Positions 1 through 15,000 of a stretch of 64,000 bases of DNA are shown here, piece after piece. The number at the start of each line of letters is the position of its first letter. Within the stretch, counting starts at the first letter, position 1. The notes beneath the pieces were generated by a model that had not been told where the DNA came from, searched no databases, and saw only the letters and a program-made list of their open reading frames with translations. The translations under genes were made by a program, and so were the position numbers. The stretch lies in contig CAMGEN010000005.1 in assembly GCA_946055075.1 (NCBI GenBank), forward strand, positions 2,098 to 66,097, given 5' to 3'. This DNA is from an uncultured Verrucomicrobiota bacterium. Lineage in GTDB: Bacteria; Verrucomicrobiota; Kiritimatiellia; RFP12; UBA1067.

Positions 1-3000
1 TGATACGAAGAGTGAGGGCATCGGATTCTATCCGGTCGTTCAGGAGGCAGCTCCGGCGGCGATTTATGAACCTGGCGACCGTGCTCTGCTACAGATCAAC
101 TCGTTGCACGCTCCGGTGATTCTGCAGCCTAAGACTGACCACGACTATGGCACGGTTTCTGGGGCTGCGGGCGAGGGCTTCGACATCTCGTTGCTGGTCA
201 ATGACTGTCTGCGCGACATGGAGAATACCAATGGCTTTACGGTCACCTTCGGTGGCGCGCTCAAGGCTCAGCCGGCGACCAACATCGTGTTCACTGCCGG
301 TGAGACCTTTGATTTCACGGTAACCGGTTACGACAAGAAGAAAGAAGGTCTTCAGATCGCGACGATCAAGGTCACCGAACCGGCCGAACCGGGAGTCACT
401 CCGAAGTCGGCGATCGTGCAGGTGTATTTCACGGTTGCGGTCGAGAAGGATAAGCTTGTCTACGTCAGCCTGTATGATACGACGGCAGCAACTTCGCTGC
501 ATGACGGCACGCTTTTCACCGAAGGTACGGCTCCAATCCCGATGTTCTACGTGAACGAGCCGATGTCTGCCGGCGAGTCGATCTATTTCTTCTTGCGTCC
601 GCTTAACGATGCAAGTTCCAACCTTGTCAATTGCGCCGCGTTTACGCAGGGTGTCGAGTTGGTCGGCGGGCAAACCAATACGGTTCGTTCCTCTGCCTTT
701 GCGATGAGCCTCACTGATGGTTGCGCGCTTACGGAATCTACTGGATCGTTGGAGTATGAGATTTTTGCGCGTACGTCTCCGAAGCTCGATGAGGGTTCTG
801 CGAGCAATCTCTACATCCCCGCTCAGAAGCTCGTCATCAACGTGGCCAACGTCTTCCCGTTGCAGGAGGGTCTCTACATCGCCGGCAATCCGAATTCCGT
901 GCCCAATGGCGGCCATTACCTTACGCCGATTTCCTCGTCGGTCACCAACAGCTACGTCGCTGCGGTAACCGACGTCAGTGAGGTTGATATTACTAACGGG
1001 CTCTATGTTATCTGGAATTTCACCGAGGGTTACGCTTTCGCTCCGTCTTACGAGTACGCGTGGACATTTGCGACTAATGACACGGTGCAGTGCATGCATG
1101 CCTTTGAGACTGAGGATGCCACTCAGACGGTTCAGTATGTGGCGATCGACAAGGACATGTTGGCTGTTCTTGGAGGAACGAATGCGTTCAACAATCTGCA
1201 GACGTTGTGGCCGCGTCTCGTCAAGATGGTCGGCAAGGAGGGCATCTACAAGGCGACGGTATACGTGTCTAACCGTCCGTACATCAAGCTGCTGGATGAA
1301 AACGACAGCGATACCTTCGTTATTGACGAAGACGTTGATAAGAACGATGGGCATACGCTCAAGGTAATGCTTTCCGAACCGGCAATGCAGAATCTGCAGT
1401 TAAAGGTTAAGGTGAAATCCTATTCTGACTATACTGACGCGAAGCAGATCGGCACCTTGAAGTTCAATACCGAGACGCTTGCCATTGCCAAAGGCAAGAC
1501 GGTTCTGACCGGCGAGTTCAAGGAGCTCAAGTACGATTATCACAACCTCGACGGTGCTCCAGGCAGCTCTGATGCCGGTTTCTTCGTCACGGTTGAGGTT
1601 GTCTCACCAGCGGCATTGACAAACTATTATCAGCGCGCAGAGGCTGAGATCTACATCAACAACCGCCCACCGGTCATCAGTCCCAAGCAAGGCGAGGTCA
1701 TTACAACCAACAAGACGATAGCGGCCGGTGAGCCATTTGCACTCGAGTGGTCCGCGAAGGATGAGAAAATCGATATGGCCAGCGGTCTTACTGCGAAGTG
1801 GTATATCGATGATATGATTCAGAATGCGCTGACCGTGGTTGGCATTACAAACAACGAGGCACGTGTCACGTCTAACATTGTGATTAACGCGGAAGGTCTG
1901 CACGAGGTCAAGCTCGTAGTTTCCGACAAGGATGGTGAGGATTATGACGGCATTGCCGAACGCAGGTGGCTATATTATATTGCGCCTACCAAGAAGCTTC
2001 AGATCCGTCCGTTCGGTCCGGCATCAACTACCGAATCCTACTACGACGGCGCGGCCGGCGTCGGTAAGGGCCGCGTATTCGCTGATGGAACCCGTTCCAC
2101 GGTCCAAGCGTTCGTCCAGACCTGGTTCTACAACGTTGAGACCTCGGAGGCGAACATGTACGCCGCGGGCTATCCTTCCGCCGCGGCGCCTTACGCCGAC
2201 AACGGCCTGCTCGGCACGGGGACGCCGAAACGCGATCTGGCGCTTAATCCCTTCGGCGAGAAGTGGACTAGCGGTGATTATTACCAATACGACGGCGAGT
2301 ACGACAACTTCTTCTACCGCTGGGTCTACGTTGGCGTCGGTTCCGATGGTGGTGCGCCGACGAGCCAGTACAGCAAGGTCGAGATCCAGACGGTTTCCGG
2401 TCAGGAAGCCATAGCCCCGCCCTACAAGCTCACTCCGTTTGAAGCTAATAAGGTCGGTTACGAGACTCGTATTGTCGAGGCGGTCTTCTCGCGCGAAATG
2501 AAGAAGCAGGACAACCTCGGCGACATCAACGCCGACGGCGTGCCGGACCTCTTTATCAAGATGTACAAGTTCAACGTGTTTGACGCGCAGGGCAACTTGA
2601 TCGGAGATGACGCCGGGATCGATAGTCTCGCCGCCTGGGATGACGGTGATTATCTGCCGGGCTCTACAAATTTGTCGGTACAGGCCGCCTGGGGCGTTAC
2701 CAACACCTGGAACATTGATGCGTTACCGTTTGATACGGTGATGGAGTTGCGCGGCATGGACGGGGCGAATAGTCATTTTAATGACGCTTATGAGATTCTC
2801 TCTGCTGGTATCGGCACTGGCAAGTCGATGGCGTTGATTGCCGACGTCAAGGCTGACAAGATGTTCACTATGCCGTACTACAACGCAACTACCGGCGTAC
2901 AGACTAACGACTCGACACTTTCCGTTGTAGAGTATATCGCTTTCACAAATTACTGCGCAAAGATGGGCTGGGATCCGGCAGATGAATCCCACTGGGGCTT

Positions 3001-6000
3001 ACAGAACGGCTCCTATGATGCCAGTTGGTCGCCGGAGCGTCCGACCGATCCGACTATGGCTGATACCGACGGCGATCTTCTTTCCGACGGGTTTGAGTAT
3101 TTTCTTTGGTATCATGCACATGTTGGCGAGCTCGTTGACGGTAAGCTCGTGCAGTTGGTCGGCCGTCGTTACAACCAGTACGATCCAGGTCGTCCCATCG
3201 TTATCTCTTCTGAGGAGATCGAGCGGCTTTTTGATCCGCTGACGAAGTCGATTGACGTTAATACTCGTGATACTGATAACGACGGTCTTACTGATCTTGA
3301 GGAGTTTGCGCTTGGCACGAGTCCGATTGACTGGGACACCGACGGAGACGGGCTGCCTGACGGTTGGGAAGTGCATTATCTCCATTCCGACCCGCTCAAG
3401 TATGCGACAGTCGGCACGCAGTGTGACGCCTTAATGAATGAGGATAAGGATGCGATGGCGTGGATGGAGGCCGAAATGCACATGGTCGCCGAGATCGTTC
3501 TTGACGCCGAGGGGAAGATCATTGGCACTAACAACGTATACTTATCTGACGAGGAGTTCGCGACAATTGGAAATGCCGACAGTAATCGTTATCTCCGAGT
3601 CGATCAGGGTGCTGATTTCTTCTGCTACACTGGATGGGTATACGGTGTGAATGGACCTTGGGCGATTCGGACTCCCGGCACCACCAATATTACGGCGATG
3701 ACCAATGTCCTTGTCTCCAAGGACGAGAAGGTCAAGGTGGTCCGTCTCCATTATCAGGTTTATCATCATGAGGGCTTCGATCCGCGCACCGGCTGGAACA
3801 TGGCTCCGTGCAAGGACAATCATATTCTCAACACCAAGGACTACACGGCGCTTGACGAGTTTCTCCTCCAGGCGTTCTACTGGTGTAACTTCGGTATCCT
3901 CCCGGAGGATATGGCGACCGCGTCCTACGCCATCGACGGCAAGACCAACAAGAAGAGCATCCTCGACCTTTGGGCGAAGACCTGCACTGATCCGAACAAG
4001 GCCGATACCGATGATGACTCGATGCCCGACGGCTGGGAGCTTTACGTCCAGGCGCCGGTTGAGGCCTCCGGCAAGGCTCCGGATCCTGAGACCTATGGTC
4101 CGAAATGCATCTTCTCGCCGAAGGTCACTTATTACACTGAGCCGCCGCCGCTCGCCAATGACGGACTTCTCTGGCCCGAGGAATTCGCCGGTATTGAGAG
4201 CTGCTTCCGTTATAGTGAGTGTCCGACGATCGTCAATCCGCATCCGGAATGGCAGAATAAGGTGTGGCCGACCGACCCGTGGGTCGATGATACCGACGGT
4301 GATGGCGTTATCGACGGCGAGGAGCGCTCGCACTTCGTTTACGGCGACAAGGTCCGCGGCGACGAGGAGTTTGACGACTGCATCGAAGGCGGCGGTCTCA
4401 ATCCTAACTTCTGGGATACCGACCTCGATATGCTTCCCGACCCGTGGGAAGTCGAGTTTGAGGGAGCTAACGAGACGACCGACACCCCGGCCTCCACGAA
4501 TATCATCGAGAACGCCGACGGTACGCTTTCGACCAACGTGACAGAGGCCACTTCCACGACCGCCTGGAACGGCGGCATGAACGGCACGCTCAACGACGCG
4601 ATGCTCGACTACGACAACGACGGCCTTAAGAACTGGCAGGAGTACATGGTCGGCACGATGCGCTGCTGGCGTTATGACGACACGATCACGACGTGGACCT
4701 TCCATGAGCCGGATCTGGGTCGCATCGCGGCATGCGACAACGAGTACATCTACGGGCTCATCGTCAATCCGGAAAGCCCCGACTATAACCCTGGCTTGCG
4801 CGGCAAGCACGTCCATCCTGGCGTCTACATGTCTTGGTGTAACAATAAGTGGGATCCCAGATACGGCAAATTCTACTATCTCAAGGACGGTATCTATCAC
4901 GATCTCAAGATTGAAGCCGGTCTTGAGGAGACGATGCATCAGAACCGGTGGCATCGCCAAGTGCCGTTGATGCCGCCGCCGCCGTTCTCGATCTCGAAGA
5001 ACTATCCGTCCAAGTACATCTGCTGCGATCCGCGCAACCGCGATACCGATGCGGACGGCATGGATGACTTCTACGAACTCTTCCACGGTCTCAACCCGCT
5101 TTACGGAACGATCGACATCGTTTCCGAAAGCTGGGACGTTGCGGACGCGATTCCCTGGACGGCGATCAACAACTACTGGACCTATTCTGTCGGTCGTACG
5201 CGTACGGATTACGAGCTTCGTCTTAAGGGCAACACCAATTCGCCGTACGACTTCTTCCAGTATCCGTGGCTCGCCGGTGAACCGACCGCCGACCCCGACG
5301 GCGATAACATCCGCAATATCTACGAGTCGATCCAGAGTCATATGCAGGCCGAGTCGACCTTCCTGCATACCGACCCGACGCCGCTGTGGATGACGGACAT
5401 GAGCTATCCGGACTCGCTGACCTACCGCTTCTACTACATGATGGATCCGTACTGGAACCTGGGCGGTGTCGGATTGTTCATCCATCCGACTGGCATGTTC
5501 ACGCACACCGTGGTCGATGAGAATGGCGTCGAGCATACGACGACGTACGAATTAAACGACTTCCCGTGGCTCCATTGGGATGCCGCTACTGGAATCTGCG
5601 AGGTGAACTACGACATCGACTACTGGAGCATCCTTGACACGATGTATTCGTTCGAGCAGAACGAGGGTTACGATACCGACGGCGACTATCTCGGCGACTT
5701 CGAGGAATCGCAGGGTAAGACCAAGTCGGCTTCCAACCCGCAGGATTTCGACGATCCGCTTCGCCGTCAGGCCATGTACTTCGGCGGCAAGGACGATCCT
5801 GGCTTCCTCCAGACTTCGCTCGTGTTCAACGAGATGACGCCGAGCGGCGGTATAGCACCTGAAGACCACATGTTCCTCTACTTTACGGTCGAGTGCTGGG
5901 CCAAGGCCGATGCGTCCGGCCTCGAGTCGCCCGATCTCCAGGTGATGGTCGAACGTCCGATCTGGACCGGTGCCGCGAACGCCGCGGACGAGTCGTACCT

Positions 6001-9000
6001 CCGCAAGAACTTCCTGATCGGTCTGAAGGGCGGGCGCTGGTACACCAAGTTCGATTCTACCGGTGTTGACCGCAAGCAGGCTGTTGAAATCACCGATGGT
6101 CCTGCGGCCACCACCAACTGGACGCATATTGCGGCGACCTATGACGGCACCGCGCTTAAGCTCTATGTCAACGGTGTCTGCTGCAACACCCACAAGACCT
6201 CCATTCAGCCTGAACACGGCGTAGCGGCGGCGTTCCATGATTTCGGCCTGGATCCGCCAGATGATACCAAGCGTACGGATGTGATCTGGGCCGATGAGAT
6301 TGGTAACCGTGCGGTCGTTTATCAGATGATTTCGATTCTGATCGGCGCCGATGCTAAGACTTATTACGGTATTGCGCCGGACCTCGCATGGCATGAGCGT
6401 AGTATTATGACTGGTGTCGCGCCGTACTACTTCAGCGAAGCATCAGCTGCGACGCTGAACGACTATACCGGATATTTTAAGGGCTATATCGACGAAGTCC
6501 GTATCTGGGACGGAGCGCGTCCCGCCGCCGACATCCTTTCTGACGTGAAGACCCGTAAGCGCTACAATCGTGATGACGCGCTGTCGAATCGTAGCAAGGT
6601 CCTCGGCGAAATCCGCAGCGGTCGCGGTCGTTCGCCGCTTTCGACCGCGATGCTGTCGCCGGAGCTGCGCTACCACTGGTCGTTCGACCACATGCCGGGT
6701 GCGGTGGACGCCGCTGATGTCTCCGCGCTACCCGCCGGCTTCAAGACGAGCGACGGCACGGCGGACGGTATGGCCGTCTGGGCGCGTCCCGTGAAGGTCG
6801 ACGGCAGCCGCTGGGTGACTCCGTGGCTCCTGTCGATCGACGAGTCGATCCGCTCCAGGATCTACACCGATCTCGCCTGGGTGCCGTGGATCCGCAACAC
6901 CGTCTCGCACCTGCCGCGTGTCGACGGACTTACCCGTGACTCGCTCTTCTGGTCAGAGAATTTCGCGGGAGGCGTTCCCGCCACCGCGTACGGGCTTCCG
7001 AACTACGATTTCGCCCGTACGGCCGAGCCGCAGTGCAGCTGGTATCAGCAGCTCTACGTCCGTCCCGACGGTACGATCTACAGTCAGGACTACCCGACTT
7101 ACAAGGGCGATCTCTATCAGTTCGCGATGCGCGAGACCCACACCGAGGGTGATGACCTCATTCCGCTCGGCGGCGTCTACGCCAAGCGCATTTCCGCGAC
7201 CGAGGGCGGCATGTGGGATGACCTTGGTGCCGCTGATGCTTGGGCCGAAACCGTCGTGGACAGCGATCATAACGGGCTTCCTGATTGGTGGGAACAGTAC
7301 GCCCGTCAGAACCTCTCCGCAGATCTTCGTCCGTGGGATGACTTCATGTGGGATACAACCGTTATCTATAACGGGCTCGAGATGCCGGCGTGGCGTGCGT
7401 ACCTCCGCGATCTTGCGCTCGGTCTTCTGCCCGACGGCAAGTACCATGACGGCACTAACGGCACGCTCGATTACCGCGACACCCGTGACCTCGACCACGA
7501 CGGCATGCCCGACTGGTGGGAGGATATGTACGGAATCGACACCGGCTCGGTCGCCGATGCGAAGGCCGACCCCGACAACGACGGCCTCTCCAATTACCAG
7601 GAGTACCGCATCGAGCAGGATTCCCTCTACATGCTGAATCCGTCGCTTACTCGCACGTTCGTCGGACAGGTCGAGACCGACTACTTCCTGCAGACGACCA
7701 ACGCCGAAGGCAGGGCCGTGTATCTCGGCGAGCTCTACGCCGACCACGACTTCATGGAAGATGACGTCGAAGACGTGAACGGTTATGACCGCACGCGTTA
7801 CGACGCCTACGCCGACCCTGACGAGGACGGATGGTCCAATTTCGCCGAAATGCGCTACGCCGGCTTCAAGATGGATACCGCCGCGCGCTTCGCGACCCAT
7901 TATTTCGCTCAGACCGAGGTGAAGGACTTCCCGATCCCGGTTGTCCATGCGACGCTCCGTTATCACGGCGATACCGGCACCGGCAGCGCCACGAACATGA
8001 TTTATGTCGAGGCCTATTCGGGCAATAACCTCCAGAAGTCCCCGAGCGCGGTTTATGCCGTCACACCCGGTTCGACCCAGAGCCGTACGATCTACCTCGG
8101 CGAATACAGCGACCGAGTCTATCACGGAACGCTCACGCCCGGACATGTCCAGGCCGGCAAGGACAACATCCAGCTCGAGGGCTGCTTCATTCAGCAGAAC
8201 GAGAAGTGGACTTGGCTTGCGGGTGGAGTCATGAATTTCGGCACTTATGAAGAGATGTACCGCGCGTTCTGCGCAGACCCGACCATTCAGATCACGCGTC
8301 AGGAGAACCAGTGGTTCCAGCTGCAGTCGATGCTCAGCTCGCAGGCGGTCCTTCAGATCTCCGTCGACGACAAGACGCAGAAGGGCTACCTCTATCTCGA
8401 TTACTCACGTGTCGGCGAAATCGACATGATCACCGGCGACTTCTCGATCGACCTTACGCCGATCAGAGACTACTTCATGGCCGATACGCTTGTCGCGGTG
8501 CCGCAGCTCTTCTTCCGCATCAATTACAAGTCGATGTTGCCGACGATGCAGAATAATAAGCTGACGATTTCGTTGGCCGAACCTGATCAGGGCATCCTGA
8601 ACGAAGGTAAGACCGCGTTTGTCGCGTGGATGGATAAGGACGGTAACGGCGTCTACACGCCAGGTGTCGATCCGATCGGTTTCGTCAAGGATGTCGAAGT
8701 CGGCTGGGATCAGGTCCCGGCGATCGACATCGAGATGACGGACGCTTCGCAGGCAGCCGGTCAGCGCTTCTCCTACGCGACCGCGTCCAATGACGTCGTC
8801 CGCGTCGTCCGTATCGGCGTCAACGGTGAGACCGAGGGCTTCCAGCCTCGCATTATCTTCAGCCGCGACCGCAATGCGATGACCCGCGATTACGTCTTTG
8901 AAGGCGACCTCGTCTCCGGCGGCAAGTACGGTCTCGACTGGGACAACCTCCGCGCCGACCTCCAGGCGTTGGAAGGCGTCAAGCTCAGGGACGTGACCTC

Positions 9001-12000
9001 CGTCAACTATGCGGTGGTCGACGGCGCCTGCTCGATGCAGAACCTCGATACGAATCTCTTCATCACGACGTTCGCGGTTAATTATACCTCTGAGCCAGTC
9101 AAGCCGACGGTTTATTCGCCGTCCGAGAAGGCTGACGGCATCGTGGAGACTGTCCGTCCGACGTTCCGTTGGACCGGCGCCGACGGCTACACCGCCTTCC
9201 GTCTCCAGATCTATGACGAGACGGGAGCGACCAAGCTCTACGACTCCGACGTCCAGACGCTGCCAGCCCGTGACAGCTCGTCCCGTTATTACTGGACGGC
9301 GCCGGTGTTCATCGGTACCAACGTCCTGGCTGACGCCTGGGCGCTTGATAACCACAAGTCGTACAAGTGGCGCGTCGCGATGTACAACCAGAAGTTCTCC
9401 GAGACGACGGACGGCGCCTCGCTCTGGAGCGATTGGGCGACGATGCGTGCGGAGCTCGCCGACACGAACGATAAGTCAACGCTTTACGGAACGGTGAAGA
9501 CGGTCGTTAAGTACTTCGGTCCGGCGACCAACACGCTCGACCAGGTCGTTGTCCAGCTCTTCAAGAACGCCGATCTTACCGGCGTCCCGGCGGCGCAGAC
9601 CCGGCTCTTCGACGTCTCCGGTGACATCTCCGATCTCACCAACGGCATCGAGGTCGTGTTCCACGGCCTTGAGGACGGCGAATATTACGCGTGCGCCTTC
9701 ATCGACCGCGCGGATCCGGAGACCGGCGCGGGCGACTGCATCCGCCAGCGTTACGAGACCTGGGGTTACTCCGCGCAGGTGGGCCTCGGTTACTCGAATA
9801 TCTGGAATCCGCTCGGCGCCAAGTCCGCCGCGGAATCCGTGAAGATTCCGTCCGTCACCGTCTATATGGAGGATACCGACGTCAATGGCGACGACATCCT
9901 CGACTGGGATCAGGACGAGGAGCTGCTCAAGGTGGCTTCCACTTCCGCCGGTGAATCGGCGCTCGCGGGCGATTCCGACGGTGACGGCCTTAGCGACTTC
10001 GACGAAGGCGACAAGAGCTACACCAAGGCGAACATGTGGGATACCGACGGTGACGGCATGCCCGACGGCTGGGAATACCTCTTTGCCGGTACGGATCCCC
10101 TCACTGCCGACGCCGACAAGGTCGTTGACGGCGATCTCATGGCCTACGCCGAGTACGCCAGCCGCGTGATCACGGTTCGTGCCACCGCCACCGGCGCCGA
10201 GGAGACCTACATCATCCCCGGCACCAATGAATACTTCATCGGCGACAACGTCAACGGTCAGCAGTTCTATTCGACCTTCGACTACAACGGCAGCTACGGC
10301 CGCGGCGGACTGGTGACCGTCGAGGATTCTGAGCAGTACAACCTCGTGACCATCACCAACACCCTCGGCGGCGCCGAGTACAAGGTGATCTTCGAGATCG
10401 ATAATCCGGTCGTCGGAGTGGGCACCAACGTCAACGAGGAGACGGGCTGGATCCCCGAAGGTCCCGACGGCGGCCCGTACACCCTTGGTGCGAAGACGAA
10501 CCTCAATGTCACTGTCCTCGCCGAGACTAACCTGGTCACGGCGGTCGAAACGATCGACATCTCGCTCGGCGAGAACCGCGTGATCGCCATCGACAACGCC
10601 GCGAAGGTCGTGCTGGTCCATGCGCAGGTCTACGACGAATTCGGCTTCACGCAGACCACGGCGGTTGATCCGGCAGACGAACACACCAAGCCGTTCACGG
10701 CGCTCGACAAGTACCTGGTGATCCGTTATCTCTCCGCGATCGGCATCGGTCCTGGCGAGGAGGAGATCAACAAGAAGAAACTGTGGAAGTACTACTCGCT
10801 CATCCCGATGGTCAAGGACGGCGACGGCATCAGTGATCTTACGGACGACAAGTCGGCGATCAAGCAGGTCAAGGACGCGACCGACAAGTACGGCGACGGC
10901 ATCGCCGACGGCTGGGAACTCTACGTGATGTTCGGCACGAACGGCGTTACGAACGTCGTCGCGAGCGCCACGATGAAGCCGGCCGAGACGGAGATCAATC
11001 CGTGGAAGTACGGCGATCGTTCGCTCGACGTCGACGGCGACGCGCTTGATCTCGTCCACGAATACAGCGACGGCAAGGATCCGTCCGATCCGTGGGATCC
11101 CTATTCGGTATATAAGCTCATCCTCGCGGAGGGCGTGATCGAGGCGGAGACCCTACCGTTCCTCGATTCCGAGGTGCGTCGCTTCGGCGTCAAGAAGGAC
11201 GATATCGACGACGACTGGGATCTCGACATGATCTCCAACGGACAGGAGGTGTGGGGTTACTACAAGGACCGTGTCGCCCTTGCGGACATCTGCGAGACCA
11301 ACGCTTGGTCCGACGGCTTCACGCCGGACTACTTCCGCGCGCTCACCAACCTCACGCCGGTCACCTACCTCGGCGAGATCTACAACGGCGCCGAGTTCAT
11401 CGAACCGCAGGTGCGCAAGCTCTTCGGCATCCAGGATCTCCAGCGTGCCGGCACCCGCGATCTCTATAACTCCGGATGGGACATCTGGTCGATTGTTCGC
11501 GGCAGCATCTACAAGCGCGAGCAGACCGGTGTCGGCGAAGTGTCCGAGGATCTCAGCTACTGCGTCAAGTTCCTTTACGCCGTCTGGCCCGATGAGTTCA
11601 CGGGCGCGACGCAGGACGACGTGATCCAGTTTGTCAACGACCACTATCAGGCCAACGTCTCCACGCTCGACGGCGTCATCACGACCCTCGGCGGCATGGA
11701 CTACATCAAGCGCACCGTCAAGGAGCATTCGGCGAATAGCTTCGACGTCGCCGGCTACGCGATCCCGGAGCCGGAGGTCAACGTCAAGTTCCGCTACTAC
11801 GGCAACGATGCCCACGATATCGTCGTTGAGGCCTATCAGACCTCCTCTACCTATCCGGAGCGCGGCGAGCAGATGACCGCCAGCTGGTCGGTCGCGCCGC
11901 TCTTCGATTCCGGCACGGCCTACGTCACGCTGAAGGCGACGAGCAAGGGAACCCTCAAGCAGGGTAAGTGCCGCTTCTTGGCGTATATCGATAATGACGG

Positions 12001-15000
12001 CAGTTCCACGTTCTCGGCCGCGGATACTTTCGCGGTGGCTACTGCCAACATCGGTTTCGCCGGCGCTTATGTCGAAATGACGCTCGGCGATCCGAACCTC
12101 GGCTTCCCGGCGTTTACTTTCAATGACGGATCCAATTTCGTGTCGCAGATCAAGATCGTGCGCACTCATATCAACGGAATGCCGTTCCTCGATGAGGACG
12201 GTAATGGGCCGCACACTGTCTACCATCGTGAGTTCGCAAACAATGTCGAGCGCCTTACGGTGTTCCCTGATGATTATATCTGGGATGGCACGCGTGATGA
12301 TGCGGGTACCATCGCTCATTATATTGGCGTGGACAAGGGTATTGACATCAATACTGGCAAATATAAGAAGTACGCAGGGTTTGATGTTGAGAGTGTCACT
12401 TATGAGATTCTCGAGGGAATTGGACCGTTCACCGTATCAAATCTGACCGAATACGCGGTAATTACATCCAATAAGGTTAATGAAGGCTGGGTGTTCAAGA
12501 CGAATGTCGTTAGCGGCATTGGCGGGAATAAGACGTTCACAATCAATTATTCCAAGAAGCGCGATATTGCGGACGTAAATGTTTTCGCTGATCAGCTTGA
12601 GGATGGCGATGTGTATGCCGCCTTTACGATTCCGACTGACACTCCGGCGACGAAGTTCTGGCTCAAGTGGGACGGCACCACTTATCCAAGCGGATCCGGA
12701 ATCGACCTGAAGAACTTCTCGGGCAGGAAGATCACCTGCACTGAGGATACCGGATATCCGATTTCGGGATCGGCGAACGGTCTCGTCCGCATCAAGCTGT
12801 CGGATTATCTTCCTGAAGGAGAAGCCCTGGTCGGAGTTCACGAGCTTCGTATCTGCCTTGGTAACGACAGGTTCTCGAGTGTCGGTGCAGACAACGAGTG
12901 GAGCCAGGCCGCTACGTTCTCTGTTGGAGAGAAGGCGACGCGTAACGGCAAGATCACCGTCATCGTCAAGCATCCGCTTACGAGCTTCGGAAATAACGTG
13001 ACGGTTGCAGTGTATGATCGTCCCGACTTTGCCAATCCGGTCGCTATCGTCCGTGATGGCAATGGAAGCACTGATAGCGAGATTACTATCAATAACCTGC
13101 GTGAGAATGGCGAATACTATGTCGCGGCGTGGTATATCAAGGATGACGCTGACGGACGTAGCGGCGAGGTTGATTCGGCTGGCGTGCCGATTTCCGACGC
13201 GACAGTTAGAATGCCTTATGACACCTGGGGTTATGTTAGCGCCATCGGAACAGTCACTAACGGATTTAACGCGTTGGCAATTAAGGCCGAATCCAAGGTC
13301 TCTGTAACCAACTATGTTTGGTTGCAGGACACGGACTGGAATGATAACGGTAAGATCGACCGGAGTGAGGACTTCTTCGACATCGACGGCATTACCCTCA
13401 AGGGCGGTGGTACGAAGATGCTCTATATCGACGATTTCGACCTTGACGGACTCCCAGACAACTACGAGGAACAAGAGGAGGCGCCGGAGGAAGAAGAAGA
13501 GGACACCGATAATAAGGTTACCTCGAAGGATGTTATGGCGTATTATGAGGCGTCTGACATGCTCTTCGTCGGACTCAGCAACACCGGCGGCGATTCAAAT
13601 CTCGTTTGGTGCGCGGTGGTCGATCGCGATGGTATTGATCATAGTTTCACGCTGAATGATGGTTCGCTTCAGCTGCAGACACCGGCTTCGGCGCTCGGTA
13701 CGCTCTACTCAACCTACGATTACTATTATAGCGGTGCGTCGCCGCGTAAGGATTCAAGCAAGTGGCAGGGCATCGGCACGAATGTGACCTACGATTCGAC
13801 CTGGACCGTTCAGCGCATGCGCACGGGCAAGGCGAAGTTCGTCCACGCTCAGGTCTATTCGCTCTTCGGCTTCGATCCGAAGACCTGCGTCGGCGATGAT
13901 GACGCGGTGAACACCAAGAACTTCACCCGCAATGACAGGTATCTCGTCTGCCGTTACCTCGAGGCCATTGGCGTCGAAGGTGTCTCCGAGAAGGACATGA
14001 GCGACAGCGGCAACTGGATCTGGTCGCTTAAGGCCGGAAATAAGCTCGACCAGGATCGTGACTCGGTCGCCGACGGTTGGGAGCTCTACGTGATGTTCGG
14101 ACCTGATACCGCGAAATATGATTTCGCGAACGGATCCAGTATCACCGCGGCTGATCTCACCAATTCGGTCCCGGCGCAGATCATCTCGCCGTTCGACGGA
14201 CGCGACGGTCAGGCGTACTCCTATGCCGACCAGCAGGCGTTCCCGGCCGGAGCGGCCGAGGATTCGACCAACCTCTGGCTTAAGATCGCGCAGGAGTTCG
14301 ACAACGGACAGAGTCCGACCGACCCGTGGACGATCGATTCCGACGCCGATGGCATTGCCGACTACATCGCGTTCTACTACAACGTGAAGGGCGCGAACTC
14401 CGCGAAGGACGATGATGGTGACGGACTCTCCAACTACGCTGAATACCTAATCAGTGAAGTGTTCAGGTTTACCAAGCTTGATCCGAAGAACGCTAAGACT
14501 GACGGTGCCTGCATCGACTACTTCCGCAAGGCGGGCGAGTTCTACTTCGGCGAGATGTTCACCGATCACGACCGGGTCAACGACAACTGGGAGGACTACT
14601 TCGGTGCGAAGTGGACTAACAGCGGCATCTTTGATCCGTTCGACGATCCTGATGACGACGGCTGGTCTAACTACGCCGAGTTTATGGCCGGTACCGATCC
14701 GACGTACGGACGCCGTGCCGACACGGTCAATCCCACGAACGGTGAGCTGATTGTCGAGGCCTCTTACCCGGTGCCGACCATCAAAGCGACAATCGTCTAC
14801 AACGGATCTGCCAGCATCGGCAGCAGCTCGTTCCTCATTAAGGCGTGGACTGATGCTGAGATGAAGGGTGCTCCAGATGCGGCATGGGTCGCCGCCGTCG
14901 GTGCGACGAATACGCCGAGCGTTACAACTGGAAGAGCCGTCACCTTCATGCTTAAGGATCCCGAGCCGGTCGTAGCTTCTGCCGGAGATGCCGAGAACGG

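Noticed and set aside
89-1354. 421-aa minus-strand ORF, and many other long antisense or alternate-frame ORFs inside the giant gene (e.g. 3542..5536, 6953..8146, 9476..11059, 11153..12319, 14447..16846)
   Set aside because: They fully overlap a + strand ORF with clear domain motifs. Their translations are Arg/Val/Asp-rich low-complexity strings typical of the antisense frame of G+C-rich coding DNA, with no recognisable motifs or start contexts.
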